Shown here in pieces: positions 28,751 to 42,337 of a DNA stretch of 64,000 bases. The notes under the pieces are model-generated. The model was not told the DNA's origin. It saw only the letters and a program-made list of their open reading frames with translations, and made no database searches. The stretch comes from Octopus vulgaris (lineage: Eukaryota): NCBI GenBank assembly GCA_951406725.2, contig OX597830.1:19468001-19532000 (forward strand), given 5' to 3'. How positions within the stretch are numbered: position 1 is the first letter of the stretch; each line of letters opens with the position of its first letter. Made by a program: the position numbers and the translations under genes.

Positions 28751-29465
28751 CTTGTTTGTGTCGAGGACAATGAAAATTTTTTTTGAAAACCTTGTGTAGG
28801 CCTCTGGGCAGGTATCGCCAAGATTGTGGCAATCGGTCCGAAGCGGCTTCACTCAGCGTGCTTCAGCTTCGTTACTATGGCAGCAGTCTGGATACTTATT
28901 GATCAGACCACGTATAAGGCATTGTGACCACTGTACAGCCAACTCACAGGTTGTTACTCGTCTGTCCGCACGAATTAACTGGCAGTTCATATCAGTGGTC
29001 ACAGTTGATGATATCCCAGTGCGTGGTTTGTCTTCAATGCTAGTTTCCCCCTTTTAAAATTTCATGTGCACATTGCTCATCTCAATAATGATATTTCCGT
29101 AAAATATCCTATTGCCTACTTTGGATATCGAATAGTCTGCACCCATCCTTCGTCAAGAACTTAACGACAGCACATCGCTTCTACTTGGAAGCCATTATTT
29201 GCCTACAATGAAAGAGGACTGGAAAAAAGAGTTATTATAGAGATCGAATGTCAAGACACTCGAATATCAATGGCATAAGATCTACTTGTTTGTGTCGAGA
29301 ACAATGAAAATATTTTGAAAACCTTGTGTAGGCCTCTGGGCAAGTATCGCCAAGATTGTGGCAATCTGTCCGAAGTGGCTTCACCCAGCGTGCTTTAGCT
29401 GAAATTTGAACGTCCTGTGTCAGCTAATTAACAAAGTTATGCCTACTTTTGCATAACTCTCCATA
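28751..29465 (-). mobile_element. Degenerate mariner fragment with ~118-bp direct duplication
   Basis: Minus-strand GETSIEDKPRTG...IRADRRVTTCELA (mariner HTH linker); 28751-28868 is repeated at 29286-29400. Confidence 0.6.
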
Positions 29466-29480
29466 CAATCCTCACTGTAT

Positions 29481-29520
<40 letters not shown>

Positions 29521-30702
29521 ACGTGCATGTACTTTTGGTAAGAGCGTGTTCAACAAAAGGCATTTAATGAGTTTGAGATCACACCAAAGACTAACTAATC
29601 AGGAAATTTCTACTCCCTGTGTACCTGCTGCAGAATAAAATGTACTTATGACGATGTTGATTGTGATGGAATGAGAAAAAAGCAAAGCGAAAGGAAACAA
29701 ATAGACAGGATGATGTGGGAGGAAAGATATTTTTTTCTACCATAAATGGACTGGGTACATTTTTTACAAAGTCACCTAAAGGGGCTAATGCGTTAAATAA
29801 CATAGTTAAAAAAAGATTTTCCAAAGCTACGGGAATTAGATGGAACTACTCCTCATGTCTCGTTCTTACTATAAAAGAAAACTATAATTTTCAGATAATT
29901 TTTTGAAGACATCATTGAAAATCCTGAAGCATGGGATGAGACCACATATATTCTGCTATCAAATTTTTACATAAATTAAAAACTGGCAGAATCGTTAGCA
30001 CGTCAGGCAAAATGCTTAGCAGTATTTCGTCTGTCTTTACCTTCTGAGTTCAAATTCCGGTGAGGTCGACTTTGCCGTTCATCAATAAATTAAGTACCAG
30101 TTAAGTACTGAAGTCGATGTGATCGAGTATCCCCAAATTTCAGGCCTTGTGCCAATGGTAGAAAGGTGGAGAAAGGATTTTACCTACATTTATTTTAATA
30201 TTAACGTTGAAAAAAATCCACTTTCGGGTAAAAAATTTTGGACCTGAGTTTGCACAACCTAAGCGAATTTTATTCCCGAGTCACTGAACACACCCAATTA
30301 CTAAGGGCTTAAATACTGGACATTGTACCTTTGACCTTTATATTATCAAAGCAAAAGGCTGAAATCCAATAATATTAAAAGCAACAAAACTACTATCACA
30401 ACTCCTGTTCACTCAACAAAAGAGAAACACCTACGGGATTATTTACAAAGTTCTCTGTGCATTAATAAATTCTAAACAATAACATGACCCCAAAATTTAA
30501 TTAATAAAAAAATTTCCAAAACACAATTCTATAAAAACCTAATTATCACCCTACACAAACCCACACACTCGAAGATGATTTATAACTTAGCAAAGACTGT
30601 ACAAAGGCATAACCAACTTCAATGCATTACAGTCCGACGATGGATTAAATGGCCGCAACTTCAAAGTCACTGTCAACAACATTCTTGTATAAGTATAATA
30701 TA

Positions 30703-31135
30703 TAGGAGTGGCTGTGTGGTAAGTAGCTTGCTTACGAACCACATGGTCTCGGGTTCAGTTCCACTGCGTGGCACCTTCGGCAAGTGTCTTCTACTATAGC
30801 CTCGAGCCGACCAAAGCCTTATGAGTGGATTTGGTAGAGGGAAACTGAGAGAAGCCTGTCGTATATATATATTTATGCGTGCGTGCGTGCGTGCGTGTGT
30901 GTGTGTGTGTGTGTGTGTGTATGTTTGTGTGTCTGTGTTTGTCCCCCCAACATCGCTTGACAACTGATACTGGTGTGTTTACGTCCCCCGTAACTTAGCG
31001 GTCGGCAAAAGAGACTGATAGAATAAGTACTGGGCTTACAAAGAATAAGTCCTGAGGTCGATTTGCTCGACTAGAAGTGGTGCTCCAGCTTGGCCACAAT
31101 CAAATGACTGAAACAAATAAAATAGAAAAAGAGTA
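30703..31135 (+). mobile_element. tRNA-derived SINE (same family)
   Basis: Matches the other copies along its length. Confidence 0.8.
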
Positions 31136-31549
31136 TATAATACACATGCACACACACGCACGCACACATACATATGCACGCGTGCGTGCACACACACACA
31201 TACATACACACACATATGTATAATCTTTATGTTTTACTTGGTATCACCACGAAGGATTCAGTCAGACAGATTTACCCCAATTTTTATTTTTATCGTCTCT
31301 TCAGCCAAACTGCCAAGTTACGTGGATGTAAACAACCTCTGCCACTCAGCTACCAGTGGGGGATCAAATATAAAGTTACACACATACACATATATACTCA
31401 CATAAGTCCAGACACATACACACACTCACACGCGCATTTTTATGACAATTATACAGAGTTACCATCTACCAAATTCGCTCACAGGGAATTGATTGCAAAT
31501 TCGCATTAATAATAACTCCATTAACAATCAAAATACACACACAAACACT

Positions 31550-32010
31550 GATGTGCACAACATAAATACAAATGAGGAACAGGAAAACATGTAATTGCAG
31601 ACAGAAAAATGAATGCAATTTTAATAACAACTGCATGGTTAAGAACGTAATTTACAAGTGTGAAGTAAACGCGGGTGCACTAAAATATGTGTACATTGGT
31701 GCAACTGGAGACACCATGAAAATCGTCTACGAAATCATCTTACATCACTTTCCCGTGAAAATAACAATCATTGTACGTCATTAACAAACTTCATCTGGAA
31801 GCTCAAACAGAATGAGGCGGAACATAACTAACTGGTCTATAATAATAAAAAGACAAACGCTAGACCATACAATAGAACATAGTGGGTGTGTAACTTATGC
31901 CCAGAGGAAACTCTGGAGGTCATTACATCAGGAGATCACAGAATTAATAGGTATTCGGAAGTAATTGTATCAAACAAACATAAGATCAAAGCATTCTTCC
32001 GAGGATTCGA
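31550..32010 (+). mobile_element. Penelope-like element GIY-YIG endonuclease remnant (frameshifted)
   Basis: CNCRQKNECNFNNNC-VIYK-YIG, then RLRNH...LTNFIWKLK, WSII, PYN and CNLCPEE in shifted frames. Confidence 0.82.
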
Positions 32011-34088
32011 ATGGAACATTACGAAACAGAGAAATGCTAACCATCATTTGCATATAACTGAACAAATAGAAGAACCATATAAACGAACTAAACATTCCTA
32101 GGTTATATCACCTAGGTTATACCACCTAGATTATATCCTAGTTTATATCACCAGAAGACTTCAACAGAACAGAACACATCCATCCATGTCGCCAGCAAAG
32201 ACAATATACAAAGCATAGATGGTAGTCAAAAGTAGCTAAACCCACTGGATTTGTGCAAATACTAGTGACATCAAAGAACTAATTATACCACCAGAAGTAA
32301 TTAACACAGCCCTTTAAGGCAACATCACTTGTCAACTCAGACAACCCAGTATATCAGCCCATTCACCAGCCTGATCTGTGACTAGCAAACACTTCGAAAC
32401 GGCAACTGCTCAACAAAATTTGCTTCCTTGCCCTGCAACATCTGAATTCGTTAAGGAAGCACTTGCTGTGTCTAAGGTGAAACCAATGACCTACGCTCTT
32501 CATCCCAACATGTGCACACATATCAAAACAAGTCAAGCCTACCACGCACTCTTCTCGTTCATCTATCATTACCGTTCCTTTCTCTCTTTCCATCTTCTTT
32601 TCCTCTTTCCTATCAATAGAGAACAACTACACAGCGTAAATACTTAGTACTATCATAAAGATTCCATCTCCTGTGAGTGTATACTGTTTAACACAAAGTA
32701 AGTTTACTTTGCCCGTTCTCTCCTTTTCCACATTTCCCACCTTCTCCCTCGCTCTTTCTCTGTCTCTCTATTTTAATCTATTTCTCTCTTTGTTTCAGTC
32801 TCTCTTTCTCCCCTCACTCATTCTCTCTGTCTTTCGTCTGTCTATCCCATTTGTCAAATTCCATATCACACAATGCCTAGCATGTAAATAGACAAATTCA
32901 ATATCATATGCAGGACAAAGAACTAAGAGGTTTAGTGATTCATCATGTCATTGCCGCTGGCTTGTGCCTGTGACAAAGTTCCTTAAATTTCCCTGGTTGA
33001 GTAACATGATGGGTATGAAATAGTAGCGCATTCAAAAAATGAATCACAATGAAATTAATTTGTTGGCCCCTTGTTTGAAAGCCTTTATGTAGGAGAGTGC
33101 CAGAGGAAGAGAGTGACCATAGGTGAGGATGGGCACACAAGAAAGAAAGTAAAACGAATTAAAGATAGTGTGTTTGGCTTTTATTCTGACCTCTCCACTT
33201 CTGAGGATCAAGTGCTAGATCTGGCACACTACTGTACCAGCACCAGCAAATCTGGGATCCAATTCAGCCGCCTGCTTCTCATCGCTTGTGAATACAACCC
33301 TTATTGCATTGTAATAGTGTGCTGGAGTTTAACAACCTATTATCACGAGCTTTTAATTACCATGGATTTAATTTTTGTATGTTTAAACACCAATTTCCTG
33401 CATGAATAAATACCATGAATGATAACTTAAGGATTTATTTCAACGAAACACCTGACCACTTTTCCCAAGTGAAGGGCATAGTAGAGCGATTTACTATTGT
33501 TGCCTATTCTGGAAAATATATAATACAAAGTCAACATTGTTAGAGTTTGATGTTAATTTACAAATTCCTTTGGTTAGATTATTCTTGATCTAAATTGTTT
33601 AAAAATTTATTTTTAGTAGGCCCTTGACACCCATTTTTTTAATTTTCAGAATTGTATATAGAAACTTTATATAGCCTTATCTGCCATGACAATGGCAAGT
33701 TTAGCCCTTAAGCATTGAGATTGCTCTGTCAAACGTAATACTTCTTTGTTCACATTGCTTTGAATTAATCCTGCATTATTTTGTAGATTCGAAAGTTTGA
33801 TGATGTGATTGTTTATTTTTAGAACAATGTTATAAGAGGCCAGATCTGGTTGGTTTGAATATAAAACAGGTAAGACATTTAGGCCATATATGGCCGGTTT
33901 AAATGCTAAAGAAACTTGTTGCATTTGGGTCACAAAGTTCAGCAGCCCTGGTCATCAGTCGAAAAATTAGGCATGATAATTCATTTTGAAATTTGTTTTA
34001 TAGTTCTATATTTAAGAGATGAGGAATTATGTACATTATTTACATTATTTACATTTGACGGATATTTGTCCTTATCTTGTTTGCCGTT

Positions 34089-34134
34089 AACACAACATTT
34101 CGGCTGATATACCCTTCAGCCTTCATCAGGTGTC
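34089..34134 (-). ncRNA. Minimal type I hammerhead ribozyme motif in a Penelope pLTR-like fragment (~34000-34215)
   Basis: GACAC-CUGAUGA-A-GGCUGA[agggUAUA]UCAGCC-GAAA-U-GUU-GUGUU; stem III vestigial. Confidence 0.6.
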
Positions 34135-35170
34135 TTGGAGAAATTTTGAACTTGGGTTCTCATTCCTAAGGTATTTTTCGATGTTATTATTATTATTATT
34201 CAAGTCACTGTTTTGTTGGATGTTATACATTTTTTTAGGTGCAGGCATGGCTGTGTGTGTACGAAGCTCATTTTGTAAGCATATGGTTCTGGGTTCAGTC
34301 CAACGTCTGGGTTCAATCCCATTGTGCGGCACCTTGGGTGAATGTCTTCGTCTATAGCCCCAGGAAGGCCAGTGCAACTCGGATCCCTCAATGCTCTACC
34401 CGAAGTTTGAGTATCGATGAAACAATTCTTTGATCATGCAGTCAAACAAGTTACTCACTTCATTCTCCTTGTTATATTTTACGGATAGTAACAGATTTTT
34501 AAATGTTACCAATGAAACAATCCATCTCTTTATAAAGTAAATTCCACGCTTAGAACCAAATTGAAATTCCTCGTCATCATTATTTAATATCCATTTGCCA
34601 TTCTGGTATGTTTGGGTGCTTGATAAGCTACGTTGGTTTGTTTACATCCTCATACCTTTAGGGGCTTGGTAGAAGAGACTTATAAAATAAGTTGTTTGTT
34701 CCTTCTCGACCCACGCCTGGCTCATAAGGGCCGGTTTCCCGGTTTCCTTGGCGTATAGGTTCCCCACCTGGACGGGACGCCGGTCCGTCGCAGGTGAGCT
34801 GCAAGATGCAGGAGGAAAGAGTGAGAGAAAGTCGTGGTGAAAGGGTCAGCAGAAGTTCGCGCTTACCTTCTGCCGGAGTCGCGTGGAGCTTAGGTGTTTC
34901 GCTCATAAACACACACATCGCCCGGTCTAAGATTCGAACCCGTGATCCCTCGACCGCGAGTCCGCTGCTCTAACCACTAGAATTAAAAAGAAAAACATAC
35001 GTAATTATTGGGGTCAGTTTGTTAAACTAAAAACCATTCAAGACACTGCCCCAGCATGGCCACAGTCAAATCACTGAAACAAATAAAAAATGAATGAAAT
35101 ATTTTGATACTAAACTTCAATAAAGATATTATATAAAATAAAATTTCTTTTACAAATATAATGATTTATT

Positions 35171-35384
35171 CTTTTCTACTCAAGGCACAAAGCCCGAAAT
35201 TTTGTTGGAGGGGGCCAGTTGATTAGATTAACCTCAGTACGCAGCTGGTACTTAATTTATTGACCCCAAAAGGATGAAAGGCAAAGTCGACCTCGGCGGA
35301 ATTTGAACTCAGAACGTAAAGACAGATGAAATACTGCTAAGCATTTCGCCCGGCATGCTAACGTTTCTGCTAGCTCACCGCCTT
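35171..35384 (-). mobile_element. Mirror copy of the SINE at 25486-25699 with the same TSD
   Basis: TSD at 35155-35170 and 35385-35400. Confidence 0.88.
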
Positions 35385-35411
35385 AATATAATGATTTATT
35401 ACAAAAAAATA

Positions 35412-35414
35412 TGT

Positions 35415-35448
<34 letters not shown>

Positions 35449-35525
35449 CGTCGTTGTCGTTGTTGTTGTTGTTGTTGTCGTTGTCGTCGTCGTTGTCGTT
35501 GTTGTTGTTGTCGTCGTCGTCGTCG

Positions 35526-35561
<36 letters not shown>
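35412..35561. repeat. (GTT/GTC)n microsatellite
   Basis: Directly visible; only a short (CAA)n at the mirror site 25441-25457. Confidence 0.93.
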
Positions 35562-35756
35562 TGATTTGTGTTAGTTATTGTAATCGCGTATTTATTGCAT
35601 GATAAAGGAACAGCAACATAACACTCTGTGAGAAGCTTACATCGTATCAACAACTGGTTTCCTCATTTGTTTTTTTTTTTCATTCCTGAAATTTTCATGG
35701 AATAAAAGTTTTATTCCAAATGATAGAATGTTTGTTTTTACAGCAATTCTTGCTAT

Positions 35757-35845
35757 TCAGGACTTGTTGCTCTTGGACTGTTCTGGTGCAACATATTTTG
35801 ATGGAGCAACACACAGAAACTTTTGGATAAATTCAGTAAAAGGCT
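35757..35845 (-). CDS. SLC7A9: SLC7A9-like copy B last coding exon (89 nt) (K)PFTEFIQKFLCVAPSKYVAPEQSKSNKS*
   Basis: tttcag| acceptor; TGA stop at 35757-35759. Confidence 0.9.
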
Positions 35846-36562
35846 CTGAAATATAATAAAAAAAAATAATAATAATAAGTACATGGGATGAGTATAAATA
35901 TAGACCTATATGTATAATACACACACACACACACACACACGCGCACACACACACACACACACACAGATTAAGTAATGGCTTCAAACTTTCGCGCAAGACA
36001 AGCAATTTTGGATGTAAACAAACCAACACAGGTTATCAGACAGTGAATAGGTGGGTGACATTCACAGACACACACACACATGCACACACAGTTACACCCC
36101 TCACACATACACATACACACACTCGTGCACACACACACACATACACATGGGGAACAGATGTTAAACAATGTCATCAACCCAGCCCTTTGACTGGTACTTT
36201 ATTTTACCGACCTGAAAGGATGAAAGGCAAAGTCAACCCCGGTTGCATTTGGACTCTGTAAAGCCAGAAGAGATAATGCTAAGCATTGTGCTTAGAATGG
36301 TAACGGTTCTGCCAGCTCGCTGGCCCCCTCGGAGTTTAAACTATGAGAATAAATAATGAATGTAAATGCTGATATGGACTGAATGACAGACGGGAAGATG
36401 GGTCAATAGAGAGATCGATAGATAAGTAGATAGAGTGAGAGAGAGAGAGAGAAAGAGGGGGAGAGAGGGGGAGGGAGGAAGAGAGATGGATAAATAAATG
36501 GTTAGTTAACATATATACCTAAATGTTAGTATCATCATCATCACCATCATCATCATCACCAC

Positions 36563-36603
<41 letters not shown>

Positions 36604-36617
36604 CTATCACCATCATT

Positions 36618-36651
<34 letters not shown>

Positions 36652-37938
36652 CCATCATCATTTAATATCCATTTTCAAAAGCGGCGAACTGGCAGAATCG
36701 TTAGCAAGCCAGGTAAAATGCTTAGTGGTATTTCGTCTGTCTTTACGTTCTGAGTTCAAATTCCGCAGAGGTCAACTTTGCCTCTCAACCTTTCGGGGTC
36801 GATAAATTAAGTACCAGTTGCGTACTGGTGTCGATCTAATAGACTGGCCCCGCCCCTCCTTCCCCAAAATTTCGGGCCTTGTGCTTAGAGTCGAAAAGAA
36901 TATCCATTTTCCATACTGGCATGGGTTGGACAGTTGCAAAAAAAGCATCCTTACCAGTACCACATTAAAAACACCCATGCCGCCATTATGTGTGCTGGCG
37001 CCACATTAAAAGAAAACTAGCCAGATTTCATAGTCTGCTTTGGATTGGTTTCTACAGCTGGATGCCCTTTCTAACACTCCACGGAATGTCCAGTGTGCTT
37101 TTTACGTGGCCCCTTGGAATTTAAGATCTCATTGCTGTTGCGGTGGGCGTATCTTCTTGAGTACAGCAATGCACCACATATTCCAGTCGTTTGTCAGCTC
37201 CTTTGTAAAATTCAGCATTCTAATCTTGTATATTCAATTGAGGCAGAAAAATAGCCATCTATGTATCATATTTAATGTATAGACATTATCAATTGGCCAG
37301 TTATTGCAGTATATGTTTCGGGATGTGGATGATGGTGGGATAGAGTGGGGGATTACACGCAGAGTCGGCACTAGGAAGCACGGAGCCCAATTAGAATAAT
37401 GACAATGGGGCCCCTCTACAAAAGCTAAATATTGATGTTTTGTGCTTTGCATAGTATGCCTGTTCCAGCCAAAAATTGTTGCGGACTTGAGGTTCCACCA
37501 TTAGCCACGATGATATGCTAAATCACTCAACGAAAATGTGCGTGCATGCATACGCGAGCACTACACAAACAAATAGGAGCACTCCGTCGGTTACGACGAC
37601 GAGGGTCCAGCTGATACAATCAACGGAACAGCTTTGCTCGTGAAATTAACGTGCAAGTGACTGAGCAATCTACAGACCCGTGTACCGCTAACGTAGGTCT
37701 CAGGGACATTCAGTGTGACAAGGCCGGCCCTTTGAAATACAGGTACAACTCATTTTTGCCAGCTGAGTGAACTGGAGCAACATGAAATAAAGTGTCTTGT
37801 TCAAGGACACAACGCGTCGCCGGGAAGTGAGCTCACGACCTTACAATCGTGAGCCGAATGCCCTTACCACTAAACCACGCGCCTTCACAAACAAATAAAA
37901 GAATGAGAAAAGATAGATAAAAAAAAAGGCGCACTTAC

Positions 37939-38107
37939 TCATGCATGGCAGCTGGAATTTGAAGTGGACGAAAATGAAATAGAAAATAGTTCCTCCAACG
38001 ATTAAAAGAAAGGCGTAGAGAAAACGGACATCGGGATTTTGTACAATTGGTGCTACCACCAGATATATGGAGATAATGAGCATTACAATTGGTACTAGGA
38101 TGAAAAC
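37939..38107 (-). CDS. SLC7A9: SLC7A9-like copy B exon (169 nt; TM11-12) VFILVPIVMLIISIYLVVAPIVQNP...FQLPCM
   Basis: ttaag| acceptor, A|gtaagt donor. Confidence 0.92.
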
Positions 38108-39442
38108 CTTAAAAGAAGATAAAGAAGAAATTCTTAAAATTAATCTTGGTTTCATTGAAAACAAAAGGGATTAGCAATCAAAATGTTTAACGTTTTAGCA
38201 TTCAGATCCTTCTGCCAAGCGTAATTCTTATTCATTCAAATTGTTTTGAATTAATAATGAATTATCTTGTAGCTTTGAGATTTTGATGATGTGATTGTTT
38301 ATTTTTGGAATGACATTGTTGGGTAGGTGTGAGAAGCCAGATTTGGCTGGTTTGAGCATAAAACAAGATATTTGGTCTGGATATGTCCGGATATGACCGG
38401 TTTAAATGCCAAAGGGTTAATAAGGATTATAATCTCTTTATTTTTTTTATCTTGTACTTGTTTCAGTGATTAGACTCTGGCCATGCTGGGGCTCTGCCTC
38501 GAAAAACTTTAGTTGAATGACTCAACCCCACTACTTATTTTTAAAGCCTCGTACATATTCTTTCAGTCACTTTTGCCAGACCAATGAGTAACAGGGATGT
38601 AAACACACCAACACTGGTTGTCAAGTGTGTGTGTGTGTCTTTGTGTCAGAATTTGTTGGTGTTTATATTCCCATAACTTAACAGTTCAGCAAAAGAAATT
38701 GATAAAATAAATATCAGGCTTAAAAAACGTACTGGGGTTGGTTCATTCAACTAAAAATTCTTCAAGGCAGTGCCCCAGCATGGCCACGTCTAATAACAAA
38801 ATCCATTTCAGAAAAAATTAAATAAAAAGATGTCTACCATGTGTTCTGAAAATGCAATCTATAAACAGAAAAGCAACGACACACAGGGACACAGCTTGCT
38901 TACCGTTGCTCCATCGGTTATGATGGTGAGTGTTCCAGTTGATCCAATCAATGGAAGAGGCTGCACATGAAATTGCACGTGCAAGTGGATGAGTACTCCA
39001 CAGACATGCGTACTCTTAACGTAGTTCTCAGAGAGATTCAGCATGACAAAGAATGTGACAAGGCTGGCCCATTTGAAATACAGATATTACTTATTTCTAG
39101 CCAGCTGAGTGGACTGGGGCAATGTGAAATAAAGGGTCTTGCTTAAGGACACATAGCGCTGCCGGGAATCGAACTTACAACCTTACGATTGTGAGCCAAA
39201 TACCCTAACCACTAAACCACGTTCCTTCACAGGGACACAACATGATTTAACGATTAAGGAGTTTGCTTTGTAACCATGAGGTACAGACGTGGCTGACTGG
39301 TTAAGAAACTTCTCAACAAACGTGGTCTCAGGTTCAATCCCACTGCATGGCATTCAAGGAACATATCTTCTACTGCCAATCCAGGATGACCAAATCCTTG
39401 TGAGTTTTACCAAGTTCAATCAGAGACTGAAAGAAGCTCGTC

Positions 39443-40386
39443 ATGTCTGTATATATTTGTATGTATGTATATATTTGTATGTATGTATATATTTGTATGT
39501 ATGTATATATTTGTATGTATGTTTATATTTGTATGTATGTATATATTTGTATGTATGTTTATATTTGTATGTATGTATATATTTGTATGTATGTATATAT
39601 TTGTATGTATGTATATATTTGTATGTATGTATATATTTGTATGTATGTATATATTTGTATGTGTGTATATATTTGTATGTGTGTATATATTTGTATATAT
39701 GTATATATTTGTATGTATGTATATATTTGTATGTATGTATATATTTGTATGTATGTATATATTTGTATGTATGTTTATATTTGTATGTATGTATATATTT
39801 GTATGCATGTATATATTTGTATGTATGTATATATTTGTATGTATGTATATATTTGTATGTATGTATATATTTGTATGTATTTATATATTTGTATGTATGT
39901 TTATATTTGTATGTATGTATATATTTGTATGCATGTATATATTTGTATGTATGTATATATTTGTATGTATGTATATATTTGTATGTATGTATATATTTGT
40001 ATGTATGTATATATTTGTATGTATGTATATATTTGTATGTATGTATATATTTGTATGTATGTTTATATCTGTATGTATGTATATATTTGAATGTATGTAT
40101 ATATTTGTATGTATGTATATATTTGTATGTATGTATATATTTGAATGTATGTATATATTTGTATGTATGTTTATATCTGTATGTATGTATATATTTGAAT
40201 GTATGTATATATTTGTATGTATGTATATATTTGTATGTATGTATATATTTGAATGTATGTATATATTTGTATGTATGTATATATTTGTATGTATGTATAT
40301 ATTTGTATGTATGTATATATTTGTATGTATGTATATATTTGTATGTATGTATATATTTGAATGTATGTATATATTTGTATGTATGT
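39443..40386. repeat. 18-bp minisatellite (TATATATTTGTATGTATG) x ~52
   Basis: Visible tandem array; produces the spurious CIYLYV/YIFVCM ORFs; ~5 units at the paralogous site 20399-20490. Confidence 0.95.
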
Positions 40387-40778
40387 GCTCAGTTCCTTCT
40401 TTACTGATCAGCAGGTATTGTCTAAGTGATGCAATGTGACATTCAAAGGCTGTTTTCACTGACCTTCTGCCTCTGCCACCATCACTTCATCTCACATAAA
40501 TCCTATTGTTGTCTGTGTTAATGTGGAAATTGCCAGTGGTGGCCAGTATCTTTCTGGTTTTCATGTCCAGGCTGCGTATCTCGTCAAGTGTCTAGTCCAA
40601 TGTCCCAAATATTGGCACTTGCACCGGTACTGCAATAGCATTGTGAGATTTGGTCTTGTTAAATGCAGACATATTCCAGAGTTTCCTGAGTCTACAGAAG
40701 TTCTCTTTTGTTATTCTAGCTTTAGGCACAGCACCAATGTATGCAAACATTCTCATCGTTTCCGTATGTATGCATGCA

Positions 40779-40837
<59 letters not shown>

Positions 40838-41055
40838 CTCCTCATCTTGACACCAGGTGATATCTGTAAGTGAGCATCACCGTCATACAAGCAGTGTTAT
40901 TCATTCCCAATGTTATGTGGAAACATATCTGCCCATAGGGAAATATTACCTTGCTTCAAACCAGGTGAGGGTTGGTAACAAGAAATATATCCGTGTGTGT
41001 GGAGGGTGCGTGTGTGTGGGTGTGGGTGTGTGTGTGTGTGTGTGTGTCTACTTAC

Positions 41056-41205
41056 CTTGAAAGGTCTGGGCTCGTTTTTCTTTGTAAACCTCATTACTAT
41101 AAGCGATAAGAAAGCCAGTCCATAGAAAAGCCAGGCAGTAAAACTGAAGAAATCAATTAGTGAAGATATTTCTCCTGGTATTATCATGATCAAAGCCATT
41201 GTAGC
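41056..41205 (-). CDS. SLC7A9: SLC7A9-like copy B exon (150 nt; TM9-10) [22 protein letters not shown]...KNEPRPFK
   Basis: ctgcag| acceptor, AAG|gtaagt donor. Confidence 0.94.
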
Positions 41206-41953
41206 CTGCAGAAAAAGCAAAGAATTCACAGTGTTAGGACAGTTCTAGTACAGTGGGATGTTATAACTGTTTAGAACAACATGGAAAGAAAGGAGCTCCA
41301 ACCATGGCCAGGCTGTTCAATTTTGCTATATTTATGTGTCTTTTTTTTCCTGATAGAGTTTATATATTTTTTCTGTTATAGTTTTTATTGAAAAGTCATT
41401 AGAGAGATTTGAGATTCGGGGGAGAATTGAGGATCCCTCGGTGGCTCCCACAGGGATGTTTGAAACAGAGTCCGGATATGGCATCCCCTACTTCAATAAA
41501 GAGAACTAAAACTAAAAGCAAAATATAATTAATATCAACCACATGATTCTAGGTTCAGTCCAACTGAATGGTAACTTGGGCAAGTTTCTTCTACTATAGT
41601 CTCAAGCCTACCAAAGCCTTGTGATGTGGATTTGGTAGGCGGAAACCGAAAGACGTCCATCATATATATATATATGTATATATCTATGTGTGTGTCTTTG
41701 TGTCTGTTTGTCACCTATCATAGCTCGATGACCGATCCAGGTGAGATGCTGTAGAAAGAATTGTGGTGCATCATAGGTGCAAATGTGGCCTCTGAAGTAA
41801 CTTGTCATTAAGTATCTATATTTTATTCGGTGTTTAATTTTTTGCATAACAATCCATCTAGTAGTTGTGATGCGCTGCACGTCTTTACGAGGAACTGTGA
41901 ACAGTCTTTAAACAGCACACTACAAGGTGTGTACCAGAAGGCAAAATTATTAC

Positions 41954-41990
<37 letters not shown>

Positions 41991-42272
41991 AATAATAAAA
42001 GGGTAAAACTAATTAATTATTAATTAATTTTACCAAGTAGTGTTCAGTATGTAAAAAGACCATTTACGGTATATTTAAAACATTACGTTATATAATTAGG
42101 GTTCAGTAAAATAATTTACTTTACCACACACCGAACTTTTTAGAAATAGCAGCCAAAAAATCTTAGCTATTTCTTCTACTGTAAGAAAAATCTTCCAGAC
42201 AATGCATACTCAAAAATAACTCACACAGGTATAGAGGGAAAAATAACGAAAGATCACACGTATATAAGATTA

Positions 42273-42337
42273 CCTGAGAACGGCCCGTTTCTGGATTAGT
42301 TGAATATAAAGATCAACATTTCCTTCGTCAGCTCAAA
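42273..42337 (-). ncRNA. Type I hammerhead ribozyme candidate
   Basis: Reverse complement of 43001-43065. Confidence 0.68.

Noticed and set aside
32365-32410. Possible hammerhead downstream of the Penelope remnant (CTGATCT...CGAAAC)
   Set aside because: Core is not CUGANGA and stems I and III do not pair convincingly
39443-40386. Regular repeat array as a possible CRISPR
   Set aside because: Contiguous tandem units with no unique spacers; eukaryotic context and no cas genes
39289-40459. Long ORFs of 372, 324, 215 and 192 aa with hexapeptide repeats
   Set aside because: Translation of the 18-bp minisatellite, open in several frames on both strands; intronic
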